NCBI GenBank assembly: GCA_029008615.1
Contig: JAQXJI010000037.1
Location: 381 to 64,380, forward strand
From: Elusimicrobiota bacterium
Lineage (GTDB): Bacteria; Elusimicrobiota; Elusimicrobia; Elusimicrobiales; Elusimicrobiaceae
Length of the DNA: 64,000 nt
Reading direction: 5' to 3'
The notes under the pieces were generated by a model. It was not told where the DNA came from. It saw only the letters and a list, made by a program, of their open reading frames with translations, and made no database searches. A program made the translations under genes and the position numbers. Each line of letters begins with the position of its first letter. Within the stretch, counting starts at the first letter, position 1. Below are positions 25,939 through 35,976 of this stretch, in pieces.

Positions 25939-27354
25939 ATGGACATATTTTCTTTAAGTGCGGCCGGCGTTTTATATTTGTTACTTCAAATTTGCGTAAC
26001 CGTGCACATTTTACTTTTTAAAGACGACGTAAAAAGTTCCATAGGTTGGATAGGGCTTGTTTGGTTGGCCCCGCTGCTAGGAAGCGCAATATATGCGCTT
26101 TTCGGCATAAACAGGATAAAACGCAAAGCCCTTTCCTTAAAAAGCCCCAAACAAGATATCCATAAAATCACGGGTAAAACACAAGAAGAAATAGAAAAAG
26201 AAATACCTAAAAACCTGCTGCAAATGCTCAAACTGGGTTACAGCGTACATCCGCAGATTTTCGCTTTGGGCAATAACGTATCGCCCCTAATAAACGGCGA
26301 TGAAGCTTATCCGCAAATGTGCTCCGCAATAGAAAAAGCCCGTAAAGAAGTGCTTATAGAAAGTTATATCTTTAATAATGACAAAGCCGGACAAATGATA
26401 CTTTCCGCCGCAAAAAAGGCGCGCGGCAACGGAGCAAAAATAAAAATTATCGTGGACGGAGTAGGGCTCAATTACAGCCGTCCTAACATAGCGCAAGCCG
26501 CCGGGAAAATAAACGGGGCGGAGTTTGTAGTTTTTCTGCCTTCAAAAAAACCGGCTTCTTTGCCTTTCGTCAATTTAAGAAGCCACCGCAAAATAATGAT
26601 TATTGATGGAGAAACCGCCTTCTTCGGCGGAATGAACATAGCAGAGGGCAATTTGCTTAAAACAAATCCCAAAGAACCGATACGGGATATTACTTTTAAA
26701 ATCAAAGGCCCGGTAATAAACCAGTTGACGCGCATTTTTATGGAAGACTGGTTATTTTCCGGCGGGAAAGCTTTTAATCCTGCTCTCTTCAAAGAGAGTC
26801 TGCCGCTTTCCGGCGGAAGCATAGCCCGCGAAATACCCGACGGCCCCGACGGGGACTACGGCAAAGTGGAACTTATGGTTTTAGGTGCGATAAATTGCGC
26901 TTGCAAAAACATAAATATAGTAACCCCTTATTTTTTGCCGGAGGAAAATATCCTTACCGCCCTGGAGATGGCCGCTATGCGCGGAATAAACGTGCAAATA
27001 ATACTGCCTAAAAAAAGCAATATCTTCGGTATGGATTGGGCAATGCGGGCGAATTTTAACCGTCTTATAAAAAAAGGAGTAAAAATATTTTTGCAAAATC
27101 CGCCTTTCGACCACAGCAAAATGATGACGGCGGACGGAATTTGGGCTTTTATAGGTTCTTCCAACTGGGACGAACGCAGTTTAAAACTTAATTTTGAAGC
27201 CAATATGGAAATAATTGATAAAAACCTGACGCAAACACTGGATAAAATTATAGAAGGCAAAAAAGCCGACGCAAAACCAATCACTTTGCAAAATTATTCC
27301 ATACCGAAACGTCTGTTAAACAACTCTTTTAAACTGCTTACGCCTTATTACTAA
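25939..27354 (+). CDS. cls: cardiolipin synthase (PLD superfamily)
   Basis: Two N-terminal TM helices and two HKD motifs (SHRKIMIIDGETAFFGGMN and DHSKMMTADGIWAFIGSSNWD). Start trimmed to the ATG at 25939, preceded by GGAGG. Confidence 0.9.
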   Translation: MDIFSLSAAGVLYLLLQICVTVHILLFKDDVKSSIGWIGLVWLAPLLGSAIYALFGINRIKRKALSLKSPKQDIHKITGKTQEEIEKEIPKNLLQMLKLGYSVHPQIFALGNNVSPLINGDEAYPQMCSAIEKARKEVLIESYIFNNDKAGQMILSAAKKARGNGAKIKIIVDGVGLNYSRPNIAQAAGKINGAEFVVFLPSKKPASLPFVNLRSHRKIMIIDGETAFFGGMNIAEGNLLKTNPKEPIRDITFKIKGPVINQLTRIFMEDWLFSGGKAFNPALFKESLPLSGGSIAREIPDGPDGDYGKVELMVLGAINCACKNINIVTPYFLPEENILTALEMAAMRGINVQIILPKKSNIFGMDWAMRANFNRLIKKGVKIFLQNPPFDHSKMMTADGIWAFIGSSNWDERSLKLNFEANMEIIDKNLTQTLDKIIEGKKADAKPITLQNYSIPKRLLNNSFKLLTPYY

Positions 27355-28391
27355 CGGCCTAAAATCGCGAAGCGAACTTTTTTAAGCGGCCGTTTTATAA
27401 AAGCCAGTGCGGGAATGTTTATAAACTTCCTTACAAAATACATCGGGTTTACGCGCCAGCGCGAACTGAGCCGTTTTTTAAAACTCTTGGAGTAAGGATA
27501 TTTGCAAAGCCAGCCGCAAAATTCCGGCCAGTCGCGTTTTTCGTTTTTATTGAGGACGAAAAGCGGCGGGATTGAAGAAGGCGCGATATATCTTTTTACC
27601 GCCGAAAGAAAAGCGTTTTTGACTTTCGGCTGATTTCTAAAAAGTTCCTCGGCGATAATATAAAGCCCTTTAAATTCCATAGTAAGCCTGTAAACGGCGG
27701 AACGCTCTTTTATGAGAGAATCGTTTTGCGTACGCAGATTAACCAAAGGGCGTTTTAAAATTTTAAATTTGGCGTTGAAGTTTTTAAAAGACCACAACAA
27801 ATAAATATGTATCCACCCAAGCCCGCTTACGCGCTGACCGCCCTTTACTTTTAAAGCCAAACTTCTGTTAAATACGCACCCGCCGACGTAGCCGAAAAGC
27901 CCCCCGTTGGAAACGACAGCCCTCAAATAACGCATAAGTTCGGCGTCGCTGGCCATATGGACTACTTTTCCGTCTTTTAATCCTCTTGTAAGAGCCCATT
28001 GTTCAAGAAATCTTAATTTACCGTCGCACAGATTAAGCCCGCAGGTATAAAAATCATATCCGCTTTTTATGTTACGCATAACAAACCCGACCGAACCGGG
28101 CAGCAGAGCGTCGTCGTCACCGAGTATCCAGCAATATTTGCCTTTGGCGCGGCTTATACAGTTAAGGACATTCCTGTCAAAGCCGACGTTAATGTCGTTT
28201 TTATAATAAAACAGGTTTTTATACCGTTCCTGATATTCTTTTACTATGCGGTGAGTGTCATCGTAAGAGTTATTATCGCTGACTACCACTTCCACACCGT
28301 CGAAAACGGCCTGCTTAAAAATACTGTCCAGCATTACCGGCAAATATTCCGCTCGGTTGCAGGTGGGAATGCAAATTGAAAGTTCCGTCAT
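27351..28391 (-). CDS. family 2 glycosyltransferase
   Basis: N-terminal GT-A signature LSICIPTCNRAEYL...VVVSDNNSYDDT and the acidic motif GDDD. Confidence 0.75.
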   Translation of the reverse strand: MTELSICIPTCNRAEYLPVMLDSIFKQAVFDGVEVVVSDNNSYDDTHRIVKEYQERYKNLFYYKNDINVGFDRNVLNCISRAKGKYCWILGDDDALLPGSVGFVMRNIKSGYDFYTCGLNLCDGKLRFLEQWALTRGLKDGKVVHMASDAELMRYLRAVVSNGGLFGYVGGCVFNRSLALKVKGGQRVSGLGWIHIYLLWSFKNFNAKFKILKRPLVNLRTQNDSLIKERSAVYRLTMEFKGLYIIAEELFRNQPKVKNAFLSAVKRYIAPSSIPPLFVLNKNEKRDWPEFCGWLCKYPYSKSFKKRLSSRWRVNPMYFVRKFINIPALAFIKRPLKKVRFAILGR

Positions 28392-28392
28392 A

Positions 28393-29505
28393 CTACATTA
28401 CTGTTTCCAAAAGTTTAAAGTTATTATCTATTATATTAAAATATGCGCGGGCTCCGCTTTTTAAAAGCCCGAAATCAAGCTTATGCAGACGGGCGGGATT
28501 TTCGCTCGCGGCCATAGCCGCGCCGCCTGCACCCAAACCCCATTTGCTTAAATTTTCAAATCCTTTAAGCATAGTTAAGGCCGAACCGGCAACCACACCG
28601 TCGCTTACGCGCCTGAATACGCCGCCTTCAAGGATAACTTCCTCCCCGTTGGCTTTGCCGCCTTTTGTGCCGGCGGGGCTTAAAGCGTCCGTAACCAAAA
28701 CGAAGTCTTCCGGCTTTTTCAGGCGCATTACCATACGGACGATTTCCGGGCAGACGTGCACGCCGTCCGCGATAATTTCAAAGCTGAATTTATCCGTAAG
28801 CACCGCCGCACCGGCGGCCCCTGGCTCTCTGTGACCTATGCCGCGCATAGCGTTAAACAAATGCGTGGCGTGCCTTACGCCCATTTCTGCAGCTTTAAGC
28901 ATTTCTTTATAGCTTGCGTCCGTATGCCCGGCCTGCGGCAAAATATTATGGGAAAGGCAGAAATCAACAATCTCTTCTATGCCTTCCCTTTCCGGGGCTA
29001 AAGTCATAGCCGATATTTTGCCTTCGGCGGCATCATACAAAGCTTTCATAAGATTAATATCGGGCTTGGCGGCGGCTTCTGGCTTCATTACGCCGAGTTT
29101 TTTAGGCGAAATAAAAGGCCCCTCCAAATGCAAACCGATAATCTTTGCCCCCTTTTCCTTGCCGATAAGAGGAACTACCGCTTTTATGTTTTTAAGCATT
29201 ATTTCCGGCACATTTGGGTAAATAGTAGGCAAAAACGCCCCGACGCCTTCCTTTGCCAAGGCTTCAGACATCAAAAGCATTTCTTCCGCGTCAAACAAAT
29301 CGGTGCCGTGCCCGCCGAAACCGTGTATATGCGTGTCAACAAAAACAGGTGTGATATACGCGCCTTTTAAATCTTTGATTTCCCCTTCCGGGAGAACTTC
29401 CGTCCCCCGCAGGACTTCCGCTATAAAACCGTTTTCCGTTACAAGCGCGCCATCAAAACATTTTCCGCCTTGACATATTTTGGCGTTGGAGTAAATCTTT
29501 TTCAT
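28393..29505 (-). CDS. nagA: N-acetylglucosamine-6-phosphate deacetylase
   Basis: Amidohydrolase metal motif FVDTHIHGFGG. Further conserved stretches LHLEGPF, QAGHTDA and HLFNAM. Confidence 0.9.
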   Translation of the reverse strand: MKKIYSNAKICQGGKCFDGALVTENGFIAEVLRGTEVLPEGEIKDLKGAYITPVFVDTHIHGFGGHGTDLFDAEEMLLMSEALAKEGVGAFLPTIYPNVPEIMLKNIKAVVPLIGKEKGAKIIGLHLEGPFISPKKLGVMKPEAAAKPDINLMKALYDAAEGKISAMTLAPEREGIEEIVDFCLSHNILPQAGHTDASYKEMLKAAEMGVRHATHLFNAMRGIGHREPGAAGAAVLTDKFSFEIIADGVHVCPEIVRMVMRLKKPEDFVLVTDALSPAGTKGGKANGEEVILEGGVFRRVSDGVVAGSALTMLKGFENLSKWGLGAGGAAMAASENPARLHKLDFGLLKSGARAYFNIIDNNFKLLETVM

Positions 29506-29509
29506 AAAT

Positions 29510-30298
29510 TTAATCTTTTTTAACGCCGCACGAACCCAAAGAACAAGCGCGAAGCCTGTTCATAGAAGCCGAACTTACCTGGCTTAAAGCTTTAGTATCG
29601 GCCAAAATATAGCTGTTATCGTGCAGCCTAAGCGCGCTTACCGGCCATTGAGTTGAAATATTCCCCTCAACCGCGCGGTATATCGCTTCGGACTTTTTTT
29701 CTCCCGTAGCCAATATAATAATTTCTTTGGATTTTAAAATGGTGCCCATACCCATAGTAAAAGCGTATTTCGGCACGGCGTTAATATCATTACCGAAAAA
29801 ACGGGAATTGGCTTTGCGGGTGCTTTCCTCAAGTTTAACTTTGTGAGTCGGCGCGTCAAAAGGAGTGCCGGCCTCGTTAAAAGCTATATGCCCGTTGCGG
29901 CCCACTCCGCCCAAAAATATGTCTATACCGCCGAAACTTTCTATTTTTTTATCGTATTCAAAGCCTGCTTTCTCCAAATCCGCGGCGTAAACATCAGGGA
30001 AGTGTATATTTGCCGGTTCTATATCAACCAAATCAAAAAGGCGGGTGTTCATATAACTGCGGTAACTTTCCGCGGAACCGCGCTCAAGGCCTATATATTC
30101 GTCCAAATTAAAAGTTATCACTTCTTTAAAACTGACTTCCCCTTTGGCGTAAAATTCAATCAAATGGGCGTAAAAACTCTCCATAGTACCGCCCGTAGGC
30201 AGGCCCAGAACTATTCTGCCACCGGCTTGGTTAATGCGGAGTTTAACATAACTCGCCGCTATTAAACCGATATCGCTTTCGCTGTCTATAATTTTCAT
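29510..30298 (-). CDS. nagB: glucosamine-6-phosphate deaminase
   Basis: LGLPTGGT, NLDEY and GVGRNGHIAFNE. Confidence 0.9.
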   Translation of the reverse strand: MKIIDSESDIGLIAASYVKLRINQAGGRIVLGLPTGGTMESFYAHLIEFYAKGEVSFKEVITFNLDEYIGLERGSAESYRSYMNTRLFDLVDIEPANIHFPDVYAADLEKAGFEYDKKIESFGGIDIFLGGVGRNGHIAFNEAGTPFDAPTHKVKLEESTRKANSRFFGNDINAVPKYAFTMGMGTILKSKEIIILATGEKKSEAIYRAVEGNISTQWPVSALRLHDNSYILADTKALSQVSSASMNRLRACSLGSCGVKKD

Positions 30299-31776
30299 TA
30301 TTTCCCCCGTTTAAGCAAAGCCCTTATTTCGTCGGATATCATATCCGCTTCCGGGCCTATGATAACCTGTACGTGGCCCGTCATTTTGTTAAGGACACCG
30401 CGCGCTCCGGCCTTTTTTAAGACGTCTTCCTTTACCAAAGAATTATCGTTAATATCAACGCGCAGCCTTGTGGCGCAAGCGCCCAAAACTTTTATATTGC
30501 CCTCTCCGCCGAGGCCTTCCAAATAAAGTTCCGCTCTTGAGGCAGGCTTGGCTTCCGCAGGAGAGGATTTCTCCTCTGCGGCTTTCATATCCGGCAAAGA
30601 TTCTTCTTTTTCAGATTCGGGCAAAACTTCCTTTTGCGCGGTTTTCTCTTCCCGTCCGGGAGTGGCAAGATGCCATTTCCTTATAACAAAGCGGAACAGG
30701 AAAAAATATACAACCGCATAGCCGAGCCCCACCGGGATAAGCAAAAGCGGATTTGTGCTTATGCCGTAATTTAACAAATAGTCTATCAGCCCCGCCGAAA
30801 AAGTAAAGCCCAATTTGACGTTTAAAACATTCATCAAAACCATACTGAGCCCGGTAAGGACGGAATGCAAAATATAAAGCGGGAAAGCCAAAAACATAAA
30901 AGCGAATTCTATCGGTTCGGTTATACCGGTTAAGAAGGAAGTCAAAGCCAAGGAAAGCAAAATACCGCCGGCGGCTTTTCTGTTTTCTTTATAAGCTTCC
31001 GCTATCATTGCGGCGGCCGCGGCCGGCAAGCCGAACATCATTATAGGGAAGAATCCCGACATAAAAGCGCCGGCGGAAGCGTCCCCCGCAAAAAAGCGCG
31101 TCAAATCCCCGTGGGAAATAACTTCCACGCCCTTTTCTATAACCTGATAATCCCCGAACTGGAACCAAACCAAAGTGTTAAGCACGTGATGCAGCCCCAA
31201 AGGCAGCAGCAGTCTGTTTGCAAGGCCATAGCCGAACAAGCCCGCATTGCCGGAACCTATAATCCACCCGCCGAAAGTTTTAATGGCGTTTTGTATCGGC
31301 GGCCACAAGAAACTTAAAACCACAGCCAACACCAATGCCGTAAAACCCGTTACAATCGGCACGAAACGACGCCCGCCGAAAAACGCCAAATAAGAAGGCA
31401 GTTTTACGTCTTTAAACCTGTTGTACAAAAGGCCGGAAATCACGCCGATTAAAATCCCGCCGAAGACGCCCATATCCACGTTAGGGTCAAATTCTTTAAG
31501 GGCGGAGGTCATTACTATATAGCCGACAAAAGCCGATATCGCCGCCGCGCCGTGCGATTCTTTTGCAAACCCTACCGCCACGCCGAGCGCAAAAATCAAA
31601 GGCAAATTATTAAATACGGCCTGCCCCGCCGCGGACATAAAAGCTATGTTGAGCAAATCCTGCTGACCCAGACGCAGCAAAAGGCCCGCTATCGGCAGGA
31701 CGGCTATGGGCAGCATCAAAGATTTGCCCAGTTTAACGAAGAAAGACCCAACAGCCAACACAGTTTGTTTTAACAT
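30298..31776 (-). CDS. nagE: PTS N-acetylglucosamine/glucose-family EIICB component
   Basis: Polytopic EIIC with GITEPIEF, followed by a linker and an EIIB domain with the phosphocysteine context LGACATRLRV. Confidence 0.85.
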   Translation of the reverse strand: MLKQTVLAVGSFFVKLGKSLMLPIAVLPIAGLLLRLGQQDLLNIAFMSAAGQAVFNNLPLIFALGVAVGFAKESHGAAAISAFVGYIVMTSALKEFDPNVDMGVFGGILIGVISGLLYNRFKDVKLPSYLAFFGGRRFVPIVTGFTALVLAVVLSFLWPPIQNAIKTFGGWIIGSGNAGLFGYGLANRLLLPLGLHHVLNTLVWFQFGDYQVIEKGVEVISHGDLTRFFAGDASAGAFMSGFFPIMMFGLPAAAAAMIAEAYKENRKAAGGILLSLALTSFLTGITEPIEFAFMFLAFPLYILHSVLTGLSMVLMNVLNVKLGFTFSAGLIDYLLNYGISTNPLLLIPVGLGYAVVYFFLFRFVIRKWHLATPGREEKTAQKEVLPESEKEESLPDMKAAEEKSSPAEAKPASRAELYLEGLGGEGNIKVLGACATRLRVDINDNSLVKEDVLKKAGARGVLNKMTGHVQVIIGPEADMISDEIRALLKRGK

Positions 31777-31785
31777 TAATTCTCC

Positions 31786-34278
31786 TTATAATTTAAAAGT
31801 TTCCTTCAGCATAGTGCGGACTTCTTTGGCTTCCGCCATATTTAAAGCTTTTAAAGCCGCGGCTCGGCAGGTTTCAATATCCAAACTTCTTATAATATGT
31901 TTGACTTCCGCAATAAGCGCGCCCGATACGCTTAAGCTCCTTAAACCAAGCCCCAATAAAAGCGGAACTGCCTGAACATCACTTGCCACCGCGCCACATA
32001 CGCCAACGGGGACACCGGCCTTCTTGCCGGCTTGGCAAGTATTATAAATCAGCTTAAGCACCGCCGGGTTAAGGGTATCGGCTTTAGAACTCAGGCTGCA
32101 GCTGCCCCTGTCTATGGCAAGGACATACTGAGTTAAATCATTGGTGCCCAAAGACATAAAATCCACTTGATCGGCAAAAATATCCGCCATAACCGCTGCG
32201 GAGGGCACTTCCACCATTATGCCGATTTTGGCTTCTTTTACGCCGAGTTTATCCTGCTCTTCTTTGATAATCGCTTTATAAGTTTGCACTTCTTCCGGGA
32301 AGGTTATCATCGGCAGCATTATTTTAGCCGTACAGGCGGGAGTTACCCGCAAAATAGCGCGGATTTGCGTGCGGAAAAGTTCCGGCGACAGGCAATAATT
32401 CCTTACGCCGCGAAGGCCCACTATCGGGTTTTCTTCTTTTGGCAAAGGGAAAAAAGGCAAAGGTTTATCACCGCCTACGTCAAAAGTCCTAATGATTACG
32501 CTTTTGCCTTTTTGACTGTCGGCTATTTTTTGGTAAATTTGATATTGGTCTTCTTCGGAAGGGGCTGACCTGAAAGAAGAAAACAAGAACTCGCTCCGCA
32601 CCAACCCTAATCCGTCCGCGCCGAAAGCTGCGGCATTTTCGGCTTCAGTCAAATTGCCGATATTTCCTCTGACTTCAATCAAAGTTCCGTCTTTGGTTAA
32701 AGCCGGCTCAAAAGCCGAGGCAAGGGCTTTTTCGCGTCTTTCTTCGTTTTCGCGCTGCTGCTCTTTAGCGGACTCAATATCAGCCGGGTTCACGGTAATT
32801 TGCCCTTTTGCCGAATTTAAAATTATTGAGCTTTCCTCCGGCACGGTCAAAACATCCGGGCCGGCGGCTATGACGGAAGGCAGACTGATATTTTTAAGCA
32901 TAATCGCTATATGGGAAGTCCGCGATCCGCCCGACATTATCAACCCTTTTACGTTTTCGCTCAAAAGAGAAATTTCGCCTGAAAGCAGTTCATCCGTTAT
33001 AAGTATCGTATCCGGCGGAAAAGCCAATTTATTGTTTGCACACCCCAAAAGTTCGCAAAGAACTCGGCTTTCCATATCTTTATAGTCGGCTTTGCGCTCT
33101 TTAAGCAAAACACTATTGGTGCTTTCCAAAATTTCCACACTTTTTAAAACTGCTTTTTGCCAAGCAAAAGCCGCACTTTTGCCTTGTAAAATAAAATCAT
33201 CGCAAACCGTAAAAAGGAAAGGATCTTCTATCATCATAAGATGCGCCTGCAATATTTCTTTCCTGTTCAAGTTTGCGCCGCAAGCGGAAATTTCCGCGCG
33301 GATTTTTTCCTTTACGTTCTCTACGGCTTTTAAAAGTTTCGCTTTTTCCTCTTCCGCATTTTCGGCCGTTTCGCAAACTTTCAGTTCCGCCCTTTTAAGA
33401 AAACGCGCTTTGCCTATTACTATTCCCGGATAAACGCCTTGGGCGTTTAATTTGGTTTCCCCTTTAAAATTCTGTTTCGGGGAGGTAATTATATTCGTTT
33501 CATCAGACGGAGGGGTACTCTGAGGCGCGCAAGAGCGCATAACCGCATCTAATGCTTCCCCGGCGCGCGCACCCTGTGCGGAAAATTCCACTTCGTCGCC
33601 GGAGTTCACCCCCAAACTTAAAATTTCCACCATACTTTTTGCATTCGCCGTTTTGCCCTGCTTGCTTATGTATACGGAAACGTCTTCAAAAGTATTGGCA
33701 GTCTTGGCTATGGCGGCGGCAGGGCGGGCGTGCAAGCCGTCCTTGGCGGTTATAACGGTTTTCTTTTTTACTTCGGCAAAATTCCCGGAAGCGGGCTTTG
33801 AAATTTTGGGAGCGGGAACATTTTTGATTCTAAAAAGTTCTTCCCCGGATTTGACTTCCCTCAACGGAGTTATTTCCAGTTCAGCGTCCTGCGGGTTTGC
33901 AGCAAGCACTATTACCGAGGCGCAAGGCGCGTTTTGCTCTATATAATTTTTATCAAATTCTATCAGCGCGTCGCCTTTTTTTACTTCCTCGCCTGCGGCG
34001 CGCAAAGCTTTAAAACCTTTGCCGTTTAAAGCGACGGTTTCCACACCTACGTGGATAAGAACTTCCACGCCGGAATTTTCCAAAACTAAGGCGTGCAAAG
34101 ATTTGTGTAAAGTTTTTATTTTGCCGTCAAAAGGCGCTTTGACGACGTTTGAAATAGGATCCAAAGCCGCGCCGGGGCCCAAAAAGCCCTGCGCGAAAGC
34201 TTCGTCCGGGACGGAAGAAAGAAGTTGGACTTTACCGTCGACGGGACTGCTTACGGCAAAACTGTCTTTATCCTGCAT
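31786..34278 (-). CDS. PTS multiphosphoryl transfer protein (EIIA-Glc family, HPr, Enzyme I fusion)
   Basis: N-terminal EIIA (HALVLENSGVEVLIHVGVETV), central HPr (KDGLHARPAAAIAK), and C-terminal EI (GGSRTSHIAIMLK, PEP-utilising TIM barrel with GTNDLTQY). Confidence 0.9.
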   Translation of the reverse strand: MQDKDSFAVSSPVDGKVQLLSSVPDEAFAQGFLGPGAALDPISNVVKAPFDGKIKTLHKSLHALVLENSGVEVLIHVGVETVALNGKGFKALRAAGEEVKKGDALIEFDKNYIEQNAPCASVIVLAANPQDAELEITPLREVKSGEELFRIKNVPAPKISKPASGNFAEVKKKTVITAKDGLHARPAAAIAKTANTFEDVSVYISKQGKTANAKSMVEILSLGVNSGDEVEFSAQGARAGEALDAVMRSCAPQSTPPSDETNIITSPKQNFKGETKLNAQGVYPGIVIGKARFLKRAELKVCETAENAEEEKAKLLKAVENVKEKIRAEISACGANLNRKEILQAHLMMIEDPFLFTVCDDFILQGKSAAFAWQKAVLKSVEILESTNSVLLKERKADYKDMESRVLCELLGCANNKLAFPPDTILITDELLSGEISLLSENVKGLIMSGGSRTSHIAIMLKNISLPSVIAAGPDVLTVPEESSIILNSAKGQITVNPADIESAKEQQRENEERREKALASAFEPALTKDGTLIEVRGNIGNLTEAENAAAFGADGLGLVRSEFLFSSFRSAPSEEDQYQIYQKIADSQKGKSVIIRTFDVGGDKPLPFFPLPKEENPIVGLRGVRNYCLSPELFRTQIRAILRVTPACTAKIMLPMITFPEEVQTYKAIIKEEQDKLGVKEAKIGIMVEVPSAAVMADIFADQVDFMSLGTNDLTQYVLAIDRGSCSLSSKADTLNPAVLKLIYNTCQAGKKAGVPVGVCGAVASDVQAVPLLLGLGLRSLSVSGALIAEVKHIIRSLDIETCRAAALKALNMAEAKEVRTMLKETFKL

Positions 34279-34440
34279 GAGGGTTCTCCTTAATAAGGAT
34301 CTTAACCCTATTAAACATTATTGCCTTAATATTGTAAAGGCTGAGAATTACACCTTATATTTTTTGTATAATTTAAGTTGATTAAAAATGCGGAATTACT
34401 CCTCCCGCGCGACGTTTTATTCTTGAAGTACTAAAGGAGA

Positions 34441-35817
34441 ATGTTAATGACAGAAAGTGAAGTAAAACACAATCTTACCAAAAGCGGCCAGCCTAAAGCT
34501 CTATATATGCTTTTTATGGTCGAAATGTGGGAAAGATTCAACTACTACGGTATGAGGGCTCTGCTTGTATATTTTATGACAAGCGCGATAATCGGTTTCA
34601 GCGATCCTCAGGCCTTTAAAATATACGGTTGGTTTACTGCTTTAGTTTACCTTACGCCCGTACTTGGCGGCTGGATAGCCGATAAATATATTGGCAAAAG
34701 GCACTCTATTACAATAGGCGCAATCTTAATGGCTTTGGGCCAGTTTACCCTTGCGTCATACGGTTTCGTACCCGCCAGAATAGCTTTGTTTACCGGTTTG
34801 GTGCTCATCATTTTGGGCAACGGCTTTTTTAAACCGAATATCTCAAGCATAGTCGGCGAACTTTATGAGCCGAACGACCCCAGAAGGGACGCCGGTTTTA
34901 CCATTTTCTATATGGGTATCAACGTGGGCGCTTTTATAGCCCCGTTTATTACCGGTTACGTCGGTGAAGTTACCGCCACTTCCCCCGCCTGGGTACAATG
35001 GAGATGGGGTTTTATGACCGCCGGCATCGGTATGATTATCGGCCTTATCTGGTATCTGTCCACGCAAAATAAATTTTTGGGCAATATCGGCCTTTATACC
35101 GTTTCACAGCACAAGACCGAAGCCGCCATTGAAGAAGACAAACCTTTGACGGAAGACGACAAAGACAAAATCAAAGCGGTTTTCACGTTTACGTTCATAG
35201 CGATATTCTTCTTCGCTTTCTTTGAGCAGGCCGGTTCTTCTTTAAGCAAATTCGCGCAGACTTCAATACGCCTGCCGATGTTTACGCTGCCTTTTATAGG
35301 CAAAATAATTGAGTTCAAAGCCTCTTGGTTCCAAGCCATCAACCCTATCGCGGTTGTAATTTTGGCGCCTTTGTTCGCCAAAATGTGGATTAACCTCGGC
35401 AAGAAAAACAAAGAGCCCTCCATACCCGTAAAGTTCGGTTTGGGCGTTTTTATAACCGGATTTGGCTTTTTGGTATTGGCGGTAGGTTCAATGTTCTTGG
35501 TTTCCGGCCCGATTAATATGTTCTGGCTGATAGCTTTGTATATCATTCACACCTGCGGCGAACTTTGTTTGTCCCCGGTCGGTTTGTCTATGGTGACCAA
35601 GCTTGCTCCCGCGAAATTAATGTCCCTGTTGATGGGTGTATGGCTTACGGCCTCCTTCTTCGGAAACTTAATGGGCGGATACTTTGCGACTTTGTCATCC
35701 TCTTTGGATTCTATGGTGGTATTCTTCGCGATACCTGCCGTAATACTTATGGTATTCGGCGTATTGGTTTGGATATTCTCCGGCAAGATAAAGAGATGGA
35801 TGCACGGCGTAAATTAA
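34441..35817 (+). CDS. dtpT: POT/PTR2-family di/tripeptide:proton symporter
   Basis: Signature FMVEMWERFNYYGMRALLVYF and GGWIADKYIG, with about 12-14 TM helices. Confidence 0.88.
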   Translation: MLMTESEVKHNLTKSGQPKALYMLFMVEMWERFNYYGMRALLVYFMTSAIIGFSDPQAFKIYGWFTALVYLTPVLGGWIADKYIGKRHSITIGAILMALGQFTLASYGFVPARIALFTGLVLIILGNGFFKPNISSIVGELYEPNDPRRDAGFTIFYMGINVGAFIAPFITGYVGEVTATSPAWVQWRWGFMTAGIGMIIGLIWYLSTQNKFLGNIGLYTVSQHKTEAAIEEDKPLTEDDKDKIKAVFTFTFIAIFFFAFFEQAGSSLSKFAQTSIRLPMFTLPFIGKIIEFKASWFQAINPIAVVILAPLFAKMWINLGKKNKEPSIPVKFGLGVFITGFGFLVLAVGSMFLVSGPINMFWLIALYIIHTCGELCLSPVGLSMVTKLAPAKLMSLLMGVWLTASFFGNLMGGYFATLSSSLDSMVVFFAIPAVILMVFGVLVWIFSGKIKRWMHGVN

Positions 35818-35833
35818 TATCGTCGCCAATTTT

Positions 35834-35864
35834 AAAAGCCCGCTTTACGGCGGGCTTTTTTATT
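35834..35864 (+). terminator. intrinsic terminator after dtpT
   Basis: aaaagcccgc...gcgggctttt followed by a T-run. Confidence 0.7.
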
Positions 35865-35932
35865 GTCTGAATTTTCCGTGTAAGCGACGGGCTGCGCGAA
35901 TACTCCGAACCTTAAAAACCTTATTTAAACAC

Positions 35933-35961
35933 AAAAAGCCCCTCTTTTCAGAGGGGCTTTT
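35933..35961 (-). terminator. intrinsic terminator after the NUDIX gene
   Basis: agcccctc-ttttca-gaggggct. The minus-strand reading is followed by ttttt. Confidence 0.65.
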
Positions 35962-35976
35962 AAACAGATAAATATT

